Origin: Planctomycetota bacterium | GTDB taxonomy: Bacteria; Planctomycetota; UBA1135; UBA2386 | NCBI GenBank assembly: GCA_965223545.1 | Contig: OZ245006.1 | Span: 2,304,001 to 2,368,000 of the forward strand | DNA length: 64,000 nt | Direction: 5' to 3' | Part shown: one piece after another, positions 28,113 through 36,497 of the stretch | Layout of the letters: each line of letters starts with the position of its first letter | How positions within the stretch are numbered: position 1 is the first letter of the stretch | Made by a program: the position numbers and the translations under genes | Notes under the pieces: model-generated | The model's database searches: none | Told to the model about the DNA's origin: nothing | What the model saw: the letters and a program-made list of their open reading frames with translations, nothing else

Positions 28113-29642
28113 ATGGATCTACACGCTCTACGTTCGAGTCTAGTCGCCGCCTCGGTGACCGTTCTTCCCGCGATCTTCGCGGCACCACAGGTCTTCGCTC
28201 AGTGCAATGCCACCTGGAACCTTGCTGGCGGTATTCCCGGTTTCGACAATCCGGTGCTTGATCTGCTGCAGACAGACGGTGGTCTCTTTGCCTGCGGCAG
28301 GTTCAGCACAGTCGCTGGCTTCCCGGCGCTCAACATCGCGCGCTGGGATGGGACGGCTTGGCAGAATGCTGGCTCCATCGGCAGCACGGCTTCCGAGGTA
28401 CGCCAGCTCCTGGAGCGCAACAACGGTGACCTTCTCGCTTGTGGCTCGATTGGCTTCCCGACGAATCCCAGTGCTCACATCGCCCGATTCAATGGCACGT
28501 CCTGGGGCCCAGCTTTCCCGGGATTCACGGGCGGGTCGGTGAGCGCGATGACTGAGCTTCCGAACGGGGACCTCGTCGTCGGTGGCGACTTCAACTCCGC
28601 CGGAATTGCGTTTGCTCCGAACATCGCGGTTTGGGACGGAAGCGCCTGGTCGGGCCTCCCCACGAACGTCGGGAACGTGAAGGCGCTGGCGACTGCACCG
28701 GGCGGCGGCTTCTACGCAGGAGGAGACTTCACGACCACACTCACAGGTGGCGCCGTTGCGAACCGGATCGCGCGATGGAGCGGCTCGTCCTGGTCCGCAC
28801 TCGGTTCAGGGCTCAACGGCTCCGTGCGCTGCATTCGCGTGCTCGACAACGGTGACGTCATCGTTGGCGGCGGTTTCTCGACCGCGGGCGGCCTCCCAGC
28901 GAACGGCGTTGCGCTGTACCGCCCGGGTGGTGGCGGCTGGATGCAGCTGGGTGCAGGACTCTCCGGTGTCGTCAACGATATCGAGGTCTTGCCCAGCGGC
29001 GATCTTGTGGCAGGCGGCAACTTCACCGGAGTTGCAAATCCGGGCATCACGAACATCGCGCGGTTCGATCAGACGACGTCGACATGGGTCGCGCTGGCTC
29101 CAACAGGCAGCAACGGGCAGGTGCTCGCACTTGAGCTCACCACGGAAGGGGAGATCGCGGCCGCGACGTTCGCGACAGCCGCTGGCTTTACGACCCAGTA
29201 CTTCGCTCGCCTGGTTTCCGGATGCCCGCCCGTAACCACCCCCTACGGAACGGGCTGCCCTGGTCAGGGCGGTTTCCTGACACTGACGAGCGACATGCTT
29301 CCCTGGAGCGGGACGACAATCTCGATGAACGCCTCCGGCTTCGGCCCCAACTCGCTCGGCCTGTCCATCTTGAGCTTGACGCAGGCGAATGTCTTGCTCT
29401 CGACTGCCCCTGAGTTCGCGGGCATCGCGGGCCCGACCTGTCTCGCTCTCGCGACGCCGGAACTGTCAACGCTGGTGATCCCGATCAACGGCGAAGTGAG
29501 CTGGGATATCGATCTTCCCATCGACCCGATGTTCGCGGGGACCGACCTCTTTCACCAAGGCATCGAGCTCGAGTTCGGCACCAACGGCATCGTTTTTGTC
29601 GGTTCGACCAACGGAATCCAAACCACGATCGGGACGTTCTGA
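28113..29642 (+). CDS. Secreted beta-propeller protein (IARWDG/GDLVVGG repeats) with shared C-terminal domain
   Basis: About six repeats of NGDLxxGGxF...IARW/FxG..W; C-terminal YGTGC...LFHQGIEL...STNGI. Confidence 0.8.
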   Translation: MDLHALRSSLVAASVTVLPAIFAAPQVFAQCNATWNLAGGIPGFDNPVLDLLQTDGGLFACGRFSTVAGFPALNIARWDGTAWQNAGSIGSTASEVRQLLERNNGDLLACGSIGFPTNPSAHIARFNGTSWGPAFPGFTGGSVSAMTELPNGDLVVGGDFNSAGIAFAPNIAVWDGSAWSGLPTNVGNVKALATAPGGGFYAGGDFTTTLTGGAVANRIARWSGSSWSALGSGLNGSVRCIRVLDNGDVIVGGGFSTAGGLPANGVALYRPGGGGWMQLGAGLSGVVNDIEVLPSGDLVAGGNFTGVANPGITNIARFDQTTSTWVALAPTGSNGQVLALELTTEGEIAAATFATAAGFTTQYFARLVSGCPPVTTPYGTGCPGQGGFLTLTSDMLPWSGTTISMNASGFGPNSLGLSILSLTQANVLLSTAPEFAGIAGPTCLALATPELSTLVIPINGEVSWDIDLPIDPMFAGTDLFHQGIELEFGTNGIVFVGSTNGIQTTIGTF

Positions 29643-29647
29643 CGCGC

Positions 29648-29797
29648 CTAGGTGCCGGGGTGTGATTCGCCCTGTTGGGGACTTATGCAGGGCCGCGCGT
29701 GCTCGGCCGACCTCTACGAGGATCTGCTCGGCAGTCTTCCGCCACACGAACGGCTTCGGATCGTCGTTGTGCTCGTCGATGTAGGCCTTGAAGAGGA
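29648..29797 (-). mobile_element. IS630-family transposase C-terminal remnant
   Basis: Minus-strand frame KAYIDEHNDDPKPFVWRKTAEQILVEVGRARAAL, typical of IS630 ends; CTAG at 29648. Confidence 0.65.
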
Positions 29798-29800
29798 CGT

Positions 29801-30958
29801 TTAGAACAGGATGACCATGGCGGGGTTCGACAGTTGCAGGCTGCCGCCCGGTGTCTGTACCAGCGCCTGGTAGGTGAGCACCTGCTCGCTCGGGTTGAAC
29901 GCCGGACCGACGGTGGTCTGGAACGACACTTGTCCGGTCACGGTCGTGCCCGCCGCCAGGACCACGAGGCTCGTGCTGACCCACAGCGGGCCGAAGGCGG
30001 TCGGAATCGGTCCGGTCGGGAGCCCCGCGACGAGCGCGTAGAGGCTGCCCGGCTGGGTCACGAGGTCCGCCCGCGTTGTCCCACCGGGGCCTGCGCCCGA
30101 CGCCGTGAGCGCCGGGACGTGCGTGATCGTAGGGAAGAGCACGCCGGCGATCGGGCCTTGCACACGGACTCTTGGATCGAGCAAGAGTCGGGGGCCGCCG
30201 ACGATGGCAGGGCCCGTGATGGCGCAGCTGGCCGGGAACAAGGGGCAGACTCCACCCGCGGCGATCCGGGTCGTCGCATCGCGGCCCGTCACCAGGATGG
30301 TGCTGCCGGTGGATCGGATCGCCGGAGCTGGCGTACCGCCAAAACCCTTGAGGGCGTCACCCCCGAGGATCTCGCCGTCAGCGAACAGGAGGTGGCTGTT
30401 CTGCAGGTGCAGCCCGGGAGCTTCCATCATTCCGGTCACCCGGCAGTCGCTGAACGACAGGATGGAGTCGGTCGCGCCGATGGTGTTGAGCGAGCTGTTG
30501 GCGAAGGTCACGTGGTGTGCGCCGTCGATCACCACCGCGATCGCGTTCGGGTTGGTCGGTGATGTCGAGGCGCTGAACGTGCAGCCCTCGAAGTGCAGCT
30601 GGCCCGAGCAGTTGCGAACCGTGAGACTCGACGTGAGAAGGCCGAACAAGCCGAGCGATCTCGCAGTCAGTCCCTTGCACAAGAACGAGCGCCCGGCTCC
30701 GACACCGTCGACCTCGAGTGCCAATGTGGTCACCCCCGGTTCGCAGAGCAGACGGATGCCCGTCGTCACCTTGCCCGGCGAGTAGGAGCCGCGCCGCACG
30801 AGGACCGTGTCGCCATCGGCGGCCGCGGCGAACGCAGGTGGCAGGTCGGTGAAGTGGGCGCCCGCGCCGCCTGCCTGGTCGACGACCCACGTGGTCTGGG
30901 CGGTCGCCGTGGACCAACATGCCGTGAGGATGAGCGCCGCGCGCAGGGTCGTGTGCAT
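29801..30958 (-). CDS. Secreted beta-helix protein with shared C-terminal domain
   Basis: Signal peptide ending ATAQ; FTDLPPAFAAAADGDTVLVRRGSY; ends YQALVQTPGGSLQLSNPAMVILF. Confidence 0.8.
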   Translation of the reverse strand: MHTTLRAALILTACWSTATAQTTWVVDQAGGAGAHFTDLPPAFAAAADGDTVLVRRGSYSPGKVTTGIRLLCEPGVTTLALEVDGVGAGRSFLCKGLTARSLGLFGLLTSSLTVRNCSGQLHFEGCTFSASTSPTNPNAIAVVIDGAHHVTFANSSLNTIGATDSILSFSDCRVTGMMEAPGLHLQNSHLLFADGEILGGDALKGFGGTPAPAIRSTGSTILVTGRDATTRIAAGGVCPLFPASCAITGPAIVGGPRLLLDPRVRVQGPIAGVLFPTITHVPALTASGAGPGGTTRADLVTQPGSLYALVAGLPTGPIPTAFGPLWVSTSLVVLAAGTTVTGQVSFQTTVGPAFNPSEQVLTYQALVQTPGGSLQLSNPAMVILF

Positions 30959-31059
30959 GATGCCGGTTTCCTTCCGCCTCGATGGTAACCGAAGCGGGGC
31001 CCCCTGCCTTGGGCAGCCCGGTTTGGGCAGTCACCGTCGTCCTCGGCCTGAGACGAGCG

Positions 31060-31570
31060 GTTTCCACGGCCGCTTCGCCCCAGCTCCAATGGACGGACGG
31101 CGATCGGAAGCTGCCGGCCCCACACCACGAGCCCGGACGGCGACGCGTTTGCCACCCGCGTCGGCGACTTCTTCGCCGCGTCGCAGCGCCACGGAGCCCA
31201 CCTCTGGCGCTCGGAAGGCACGACCGTGGGCACGTACCCGATCGCGCACGACACCGGTCTACTCGGGGTTCGAGCTCAGGGTCACCGACGGGACCACGGC
31301 CGGGACCCGGCTGGTGAAGGAACATCGACCCCAATGGCGCGTCGTTCCCCCGACAGCCCACGGCCGTGGGTAACGAGCTCTACTTCTCGTCGAACGACGG
31401 CACCAACGGCCGCAAGCTGTGGGTCTCGAACGGCACCGCGGCCGGCACGCGCATGCTGTCGCACTCGGCCCCGCGGACGCCTCGCCGAGCGGCATGACGC
31501 GGGTCGAGAACCGTCTGCTGTTCGCGGCGCGGACCGCGGCGGCGCGCGAGGAGCTGTTTGCCGTCGCGCC
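31060..31570 (+). pseudogene. Frameshifted remnant of an ELWxxDGT-repeat protein
   Basis: Fragments in different frames: HLWRSEGTTVGT, FELRVTDGTTAGTRLVK, NELYFSSNDGTNGRKLWVSNGTAAGTRML, RLLFAARTAAAREELFAV. Confidence 0.7.
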
Positions 31571-31661
31571 AACGTCCACTCGGCGACAATGGAGAGCTCG
31601 GCAATCGCGTGGCGTGTCCTCGCTGATTGCGGATTCTGGCCCCGACCTCTACTGTGTCTGG

Positions 31662-33854
31662 ATGAGGAGTTGTTGTGCAAGTGCGTGCTGGGTCTTGGCG
31701 ATGCTCACCACGATCGCCGAGTCGCCGTGCCAATCGGCGTGGGTTCGGATCGCATCTCCGCTCGTGGGGCCGGAGCAGCGCCTGGTGTGGGACGAGTCGC
31801 GGCAGCGACTGGTGTTGGCAGGCGCAGCAGTGTTGTTCGGTACCGTCCACGCGGCAGCGGAATGGGACGGTGTCTCCTTTGCGCCGAGACCTGCGAGCAT
31901 GCGGGCGGGCCGAGCGCGCTCATCGATGGCCTACGACGCGCTGCGTCAGGAGAGCGTGCTGTACTTGCGCGCCGCGACCTGGGTGTGGGACGGCTTCGAC
32001 TGGACACAGCGGTCGCCAGCGGCAAGCCCGAACGCCAGCACGATGACAGCAATGGCTTTCGACTCGGCGCGCGGCCGGACCATCCTGTTCGGCGGGCTCG
32101 ACTCGCGCAGCCGAGCACAAGGTGAAACGTGGGCGTGGGATGGCGCGAACTGGACCCTGCGCTCACCGGCGTCGTCGCCTGGTCCCTGGGTGGGGCACGG
32201 CATGGTCGAGGACCGGGCTAGGGGGCGTCTGGTCTTGTTCGGTGGTGGACCGTTCTTTCTGGGACGCACGAGTGCAACTTGGGAGTGGGACGGCTCGACC
32301 TGGATCGACCGATCCTCCGCGAAGGCGCCGCCGCCTCGCACGTACGTCAGCATGGCGTACGACGCGCGCCGCCAGCGCGTCGTGGTCTATGGCGGATTTG
32401 GGCCGGGCGGTGTGGTCCTTGGCGACACTTGGGAATGGGACGGGGCGGATTGGCAGCAGATCATGCCACCCAGTAGCCCCGGCCCGCGATTCTGGCACTC
32501 GATGGCGTACGATGCAGTCAGTCAGCAGGTGGTGCTTTCCGGTGGCCAGAGTGGGACCGCCAGCTCGAGCGTCGTGCGCGACGTATGGCAGTGGAATGGC
32601 ACGACGTGGACCGAGCGCGCGGCGTCGCCAGCACCGGCGGCGCGCCGAGAGACCGCGCTGACCTACGACCGGGATCGCGGCCGGGTGGTGCTCTACGGCG
32701 GCCTGACCGACAGCGCGTACCCCTGGCGCTCGGACACCTGGGAGTGGGATGGCCGCCGATGGACGCCGCGGGACCCGTCGCGGAGTCCGAGGGTCCTGAC
32801 TGGGCACCGGCTGGCCTACGACCGCGTCCGGAAGCGCACGGTGTTGTTCGGCGGTCAGGCGTGTCCGACGCCGCGGTCGACCTGGGAATGGGACGGGACC
32901 GATTGGGACCTGAAGACGGTGGCGGAGTCGCCGCGCGGCCGGACCAGGCACGCGATGTTCTTCGACCCCAATCGAGGCACCGTCGTGGTCATGGGCGGTG
33001 TGTCGACCGATGGCGCGTGCCGGACCGGTCCGCCGCTGGATGACATGTGGGAGTGGGATGGCTCGCGCTGGAGTCTGATCACCGTGAGCCCTAGGCCGAG
33101 CGCGCGCGCCGGCGCCGCGGTCGCGTACGACGAGGCCCGTCGGCGAGTCGTGCTGTACGGCGGCACCGACGCCGCATCGTTCCGCCTCAACGACACGTGG
33201 GAGTGGGACGGATCCACCTGGCAGCTGCGCACGCCGACGCAAACCCCCGCGCATCGCGAGTTCTTCGCGGCCTACGACGCCCGGCGTCAGCGCGTCGTGC
33301 TCCACAACGGCAACGACCCGCCATGGGAATGGGACGGCACGAACTGGCAGCCAGCAGCCGCCGTCGCCCGGTCTCCGGTGTTCGGCCTCGCCTACCACGA
33401 GAACCAGGAGCACTTGCTCCTGCTAGCGGAGTACCAGGGCGAGACCGAGACTTGGCTGTACGGCGCTAGCCCGCTCGCGAGCCAGCAGGCGGTGGGCACA
33501 GGCTGCGGAGCGGTGCAGCTCGCGGCAATGGGCCAGCCGGTCCTCGGCAGTCCGCGATTCGCGTTGGACTTGGATACCGGCAAGCCCACGGCGCCGGCGG
33601 TGCTCCTGTTGTCGACCGGGCCGGCCAATATCCCGTTGGGCGGGGCCTGCACGCTACTGGTGGACATGACCGGCAGCTCGGCGGCGCTCGGGGTTGTGAC
33701 CAATGGCCGTGGTTGGGCTTCGCTCACGCTACCGGTGCCAAGTGCACCTGTGCTCGGCGGGAGCTCCCTATGGAGTCAGGCAGGGATTCTGGACGCCAGT
33801 CAGAGCGCCGGGGTCGCGTTGTCCTCGGCACTGCAACTCACGCTCGGGGTGTAG
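31662..33854 (+). CDS. Secreted Kelch-like beta-propeller protein (DTWEWDG repeats) with shared C-terminal domain
   Basis: About a dozen repeats of MAYDxxRxRVVLxGG...DTWEWDGxxW; C-terminal GTGC...LWSQAGILD...LSSALQLTLG. Confidence 0.85.
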   Translation: MRSCCASACWVLAMLTTIAESPCQSAWVRIASPLVGPEQRLVWDESRQRLVLAGAAVLFGTVHAAAEWDGVSFAPRPASMRAGRARSSMAYDALRQESVLYLRAATWVWDGFDWTQRSPAASPNASTMTAMAFDSARGRTILFGGLDSRSRAQGETWAWDGANWTLRSPASSPGPWVGHGMVEDRARGRLVLFGGGPFFLGRTSATWEWDGSTWIDRSSAKAPPPRTYVSMAYDARRQRVVVYGGFGPGGVVLGDTWEWDGADWQQIMPPSSPGPRFWHSMAYDAVSQQVVLSGGQSGTASSSVVRDVWQWNGTTWTERAASPAPAARRETALTYDRDRGRVVLYGGLTDSAYPWRSDTWEWDGRRWTPRDPSRSPRVLTGHRLAYDRVRKRTVLFGGQACPTPRSTWEWDGTDWDLKTVAESPRGRTRHAMFFDPNRGTVVVMGGVSTDGACRTGPPLDDMWEWDGSRWSLITVSPRPSARAGAAVAYDEARRRVVLYGGTDAASFRLNDTWEWDGSTWQLRTPTQTPAHREFFAAYDARRQRVVLHNGNDPPWEWDGTNWQPAAAVARSPVFGLAYHENQEHLLLLAEYQGETETWLYGASPLASQQAVGTGCGAVQLAAMGQPVLGSPRFALDLDTGKPTAPAVLLLSTGPANIPLGGACTLLVDMTGSSAALGVVTNGRGWASLTLPVPSAPVLGGSSLWSQAGILDASQSAGVALSSALQLTLGV

Positions 33855-33859
33855 CGCGC

Positions 33860-33934
33860 TCAGACCGGCGCGCGGCAGACCCCGCTTGCGTCGTGCAGAC
33901 GGTAGCTCGGCACTTGGGTTCGTTTCCTGCTCAC
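33860..33934 (-). pseudogene. Integrase stub (first ~18 codons) of a second, leftward island
   Basis: GTG 33934: MSRKRTQVPSYRLHDASG then diverges and stops; near-identical to the start of the integrase at 48752. Confidence 0.75.
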
Positions 33935-34042
33935 GATTCGAACGGCAGCTTGCTGGTAGTGGACTACCCAAGAACCAGGCTTCAGCGGCCGCCCAGCTCG
34001 AGAGCTGGTTCACCCAAGGGCGCGATCAGCAAGTAGATAAAC

Positions 34043-34087
34043 TGGTCGGAGCGACTGGATTTGAACCAGCGACCCCTACAACCCCAT
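34043..34087 (-). repeat. att-site copy: 3' 45 nt of tRNA-Pro(GGG)
   Basis: tggtcggagcgactggatttgaaccagcgacccctacaaccccat is identical to 48860-48904. Confidence 0.95.
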
Positions 34088-34808
34088 GGCACACTTTCTC
34101 GGTGCCGCAGCGACTGTAGCCTGTGGGCAGGAATCATCTTAGCGCAATTCGCACTCGTTGCAATCGATGCGTTCAGTCGTCCTAAGTCGCGCTTGTTCTG
34201 GTAGCCCAGGTAGTCCGTGGGTAGGGAATACTGCCTCGAATACCGGGACTCGACCTCTTCCTCCATGTTGTAGGGGTCGGCTGTTCGGGATGTCCACGTA
34301 CGCGAGGAAGCGAGCACAGCCGGAACCAGCCTGTCGAAGTCGGCCGACGACAGGCGCAGATCCGTCAACGGTGCATGGGTCAGCGTCGGCGGCAGAGGAA
34401 CCAGGGAACAGCGGCAGCAGCTGCCCGGTGGAGGCTCCCTGCTTGCCCCGCCCGCGGCCCACGTGCTCACCGACCACGACGCCGTTCTCGAAGTCTCCCG
34501 GCTACACCCGGGGACCGTTCCAGTCCAAGTCTTAGCCGCGCGCTTCGAGCGCTGGAAAGGCGAAGTAGGAAGTAGACTGCCTACCCGCCGCGCTCAACCG
34601 CCTGAATGCGGAGCTTCGCCTCGGACCTTCGCTGTTTGAACGAGTCTTGGATCGCAAGGGCAATCCAGTATCCGACGCGACGCTGATGCTCGCGCTGGCG
34701 ACCCTGCAGAACGACGCCAAAGAGGTCGACGCCGAGGGACACTACCGCTTCGACGACCTCGCCGGCGACGAGTGGTCGATAACGATCGACGCGGAAAAAT
34801 CGCTGAAC

Positions 34809-36485
34809 TCAACAAACAGTCTCAACATTCATGAGGAGGTCGCGTATCAACTTCCTGAGCTGCTCCCAAAGGAGCGCCCCGATCTTTATCCGAATGTCGC
34901 CAAACACGAAGTCGGATGCCGGTAGGCTTCTAAACTTTGCGAGAGCCTCACGCACCGTCATCTCAGTTTCGCTTGGCAGGTTGAGTTCACTGAGAATAGC
35001 TTCAAGCAAAGAAATCCAGTCCGTCGGCGTAGTTGTCCTAGGTGGTGAATGGTGGCATACGGCGTGATGAACTTTGCTTGGACTCCTCCAGCTGGATCTC
35101 GTGCAGTCCGGCCAGTACTGTAACGCTGCAATCGGATCCCGGAGAAGGTGATTCGGGACACGCAAATGTTCTGCCCATAGTTTAACCCGTAGTTCATGTG
35201 CGAACCGACACACGGTGACCTTCTCGCCGTCCATGGCCCCAGTAAGCGTGTCCTCATCGACAACTGCAACGCCCAACTCGCTGTCCGTAGTGGCGCTACG
35301 CTTGTTGATATTCATACTGCCGATTGTCGCGTAGCAATCGTCCACAATCATGAGTTTCGAGTGAACGTAGACCTGCTGACTCCCAGGATTTTGCTCTAAG
35401 TGAAACGCGAACACTTGGCCCTTGGACCACCCCTTGATCTTTTGGAGACATTCCCGACGCATATCGTAGTGGATCGCATCCATCGGGGCAGGGAGGTCGT
35501 AGTCTCGCGCAAGAACAATCACGACTTTCAGTTTCGCGTTCGATCGGACAGCTAAAGCCAATCGGTCAACAACCCGGCATGGCCAAAGATACTGTTCTTC
35601 TATGTAGATGAAGTGCTCGGCGCGAACGATCGCCCGCTCATATGCAAGTTGACAAGTTTGCTCGCCCCTGGGGGCGAAGCTATAGACGTTCTTGCAGACC
35701 AAGGTCCGGTGCACCTGAATGTGTTGCCTGCCGGCAGACGCCGGCGGTGGAGGGAGTGACCCAACTGGAGGTGGGGCACCGATTCGTGGCGGGGAAGCCG
35801 TGGGAACAGGGCTTGGGGAGCGCGCAGGAGGCCTTGGGTCGTCCCATCTCTCACGGAAATTCTCCCAAACTTGAGTAACGGCAGGCCCACGAATTCCGCA
35901 TTGCACGTCGTGCCATGCATCCAAGAACTCTCTCTGCCTGGCCGGGTGGCTCTTGTGGCTTGGCATGTCCCAGCGATCCAGGGCGATGTCAATACCTCCA
36001 ACGTACGCCCACCAACTTCCTGGTGATTGCACTATTATGAACTTCTGATGATGCGAGGAGCGCTTGTGAAGAAGGCGCTCGTCTAGGATTCCATGGCCTC
36101 CAGCCTTGATCACGGCCTTCGTAAAATCTACATTTCCTTTGGGATGCGCAGTGAGCTGCGAGTTAACTAGCGCTATAGAAGACCCGACCACGTACCAGAG
36201 CATAGATCGGATACGAACACCGGCTATGCCGAGGCTGGTAACTACATCGACAAACTTCACCGGCGATGGCCCAACCAACGGTTGCAAGTGCTGATCAGGG
36301 CTAACGCGCCAACCGGCGATGTAAATCTCGTTTCCATCGACCATCTTGGCCACCCGAGAAGCCACGTGGTCGAAGTACGCCTGGCCGTCGACTAGAGCGA
36401 GCGCGCTGTTCTCGGATGTGTACGCGGGACTTCTTGGTATATGCCGTGCAGGTAAAAACCAGTGGTCAGGGTCAGTATTCGCCAC
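34809..36485 (-). CDS. Phospholipase D-family protein (eukaryote/plant-like motif layout)
   Basis: HHQKFIIVQ...YVGGIDIALDRWD, WHDVQ, FIYIEEQY, YVHSKLMIVDD...IGSMNINKRS...DSELG; SD GGAGG 7 nt before GTG. Confidence 0.88.
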   Translation of the reverse strand: MANTDPDHWFLPARHIPRSPAYTSENSALALVDGQAYFDHVASRVAKMVDGNEIYIAGWRVSPDQHLQPLVGPSPVKFVDVVTSLGIAGVRIRSMLWYVVGSSIALVNSQLTAHPKGNVDFTKAVIKAGGHGILDERLLHKRSSHHQKFIIVQSPGSWWAYVGGIDIALDRWDMPSHKSHPARQREFLDAWHDVQCGIRGPAVTQVWENFRERWDDPRPPARSPSPVPTASPPRIGAPPPVGSLPPPPASAGRQHIQVHRTLVCKNVYSFAPRGEQTCQLAYERAIVRAEHFIYIEEQYLWPCRVVDRLALAVRSNAKLKVVIVLARDYDLPAPMDAIHYDMRRECLQKIKGWSKGQVFAFHLEQNPGSQQVYVHSKLMIVDDCYATIGSMNINKRSATTDSELGVAVVDEDTLTGAMDGEKVTVCRFAHELRVKLWAEHLRVPNHLLRDPIAALQYWPDCTRSSWRSPSKVHHAVCHHSPPRTTTPTDWISLLEAILSELNLPSETEMTVREALAKFRSLPASDFVFGDIRIKIGALLWEQLRKLIRDLLMNVETVC

Positions 36486-36497
36486 GTTGCAACCTCC

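Noticed and set aside
31662..33400. Periodic tgggagtgggacgg DNA repeats
   Set aside because: Explained by WEWDG protein repeats.
28113..33854. Integron-like cassette array of secreted genes
   Set aside because: Genes lie in mixed orientations; I found no attC-like sites and no IntI.
34090..34805. Possible gene fragments, including a carboxypeptidase-regulatory-like stretch (DRKGNPVSDATL...DAEGHYRFDDL)
   Set aside because: Short, with no credible start or context; too weak to call.
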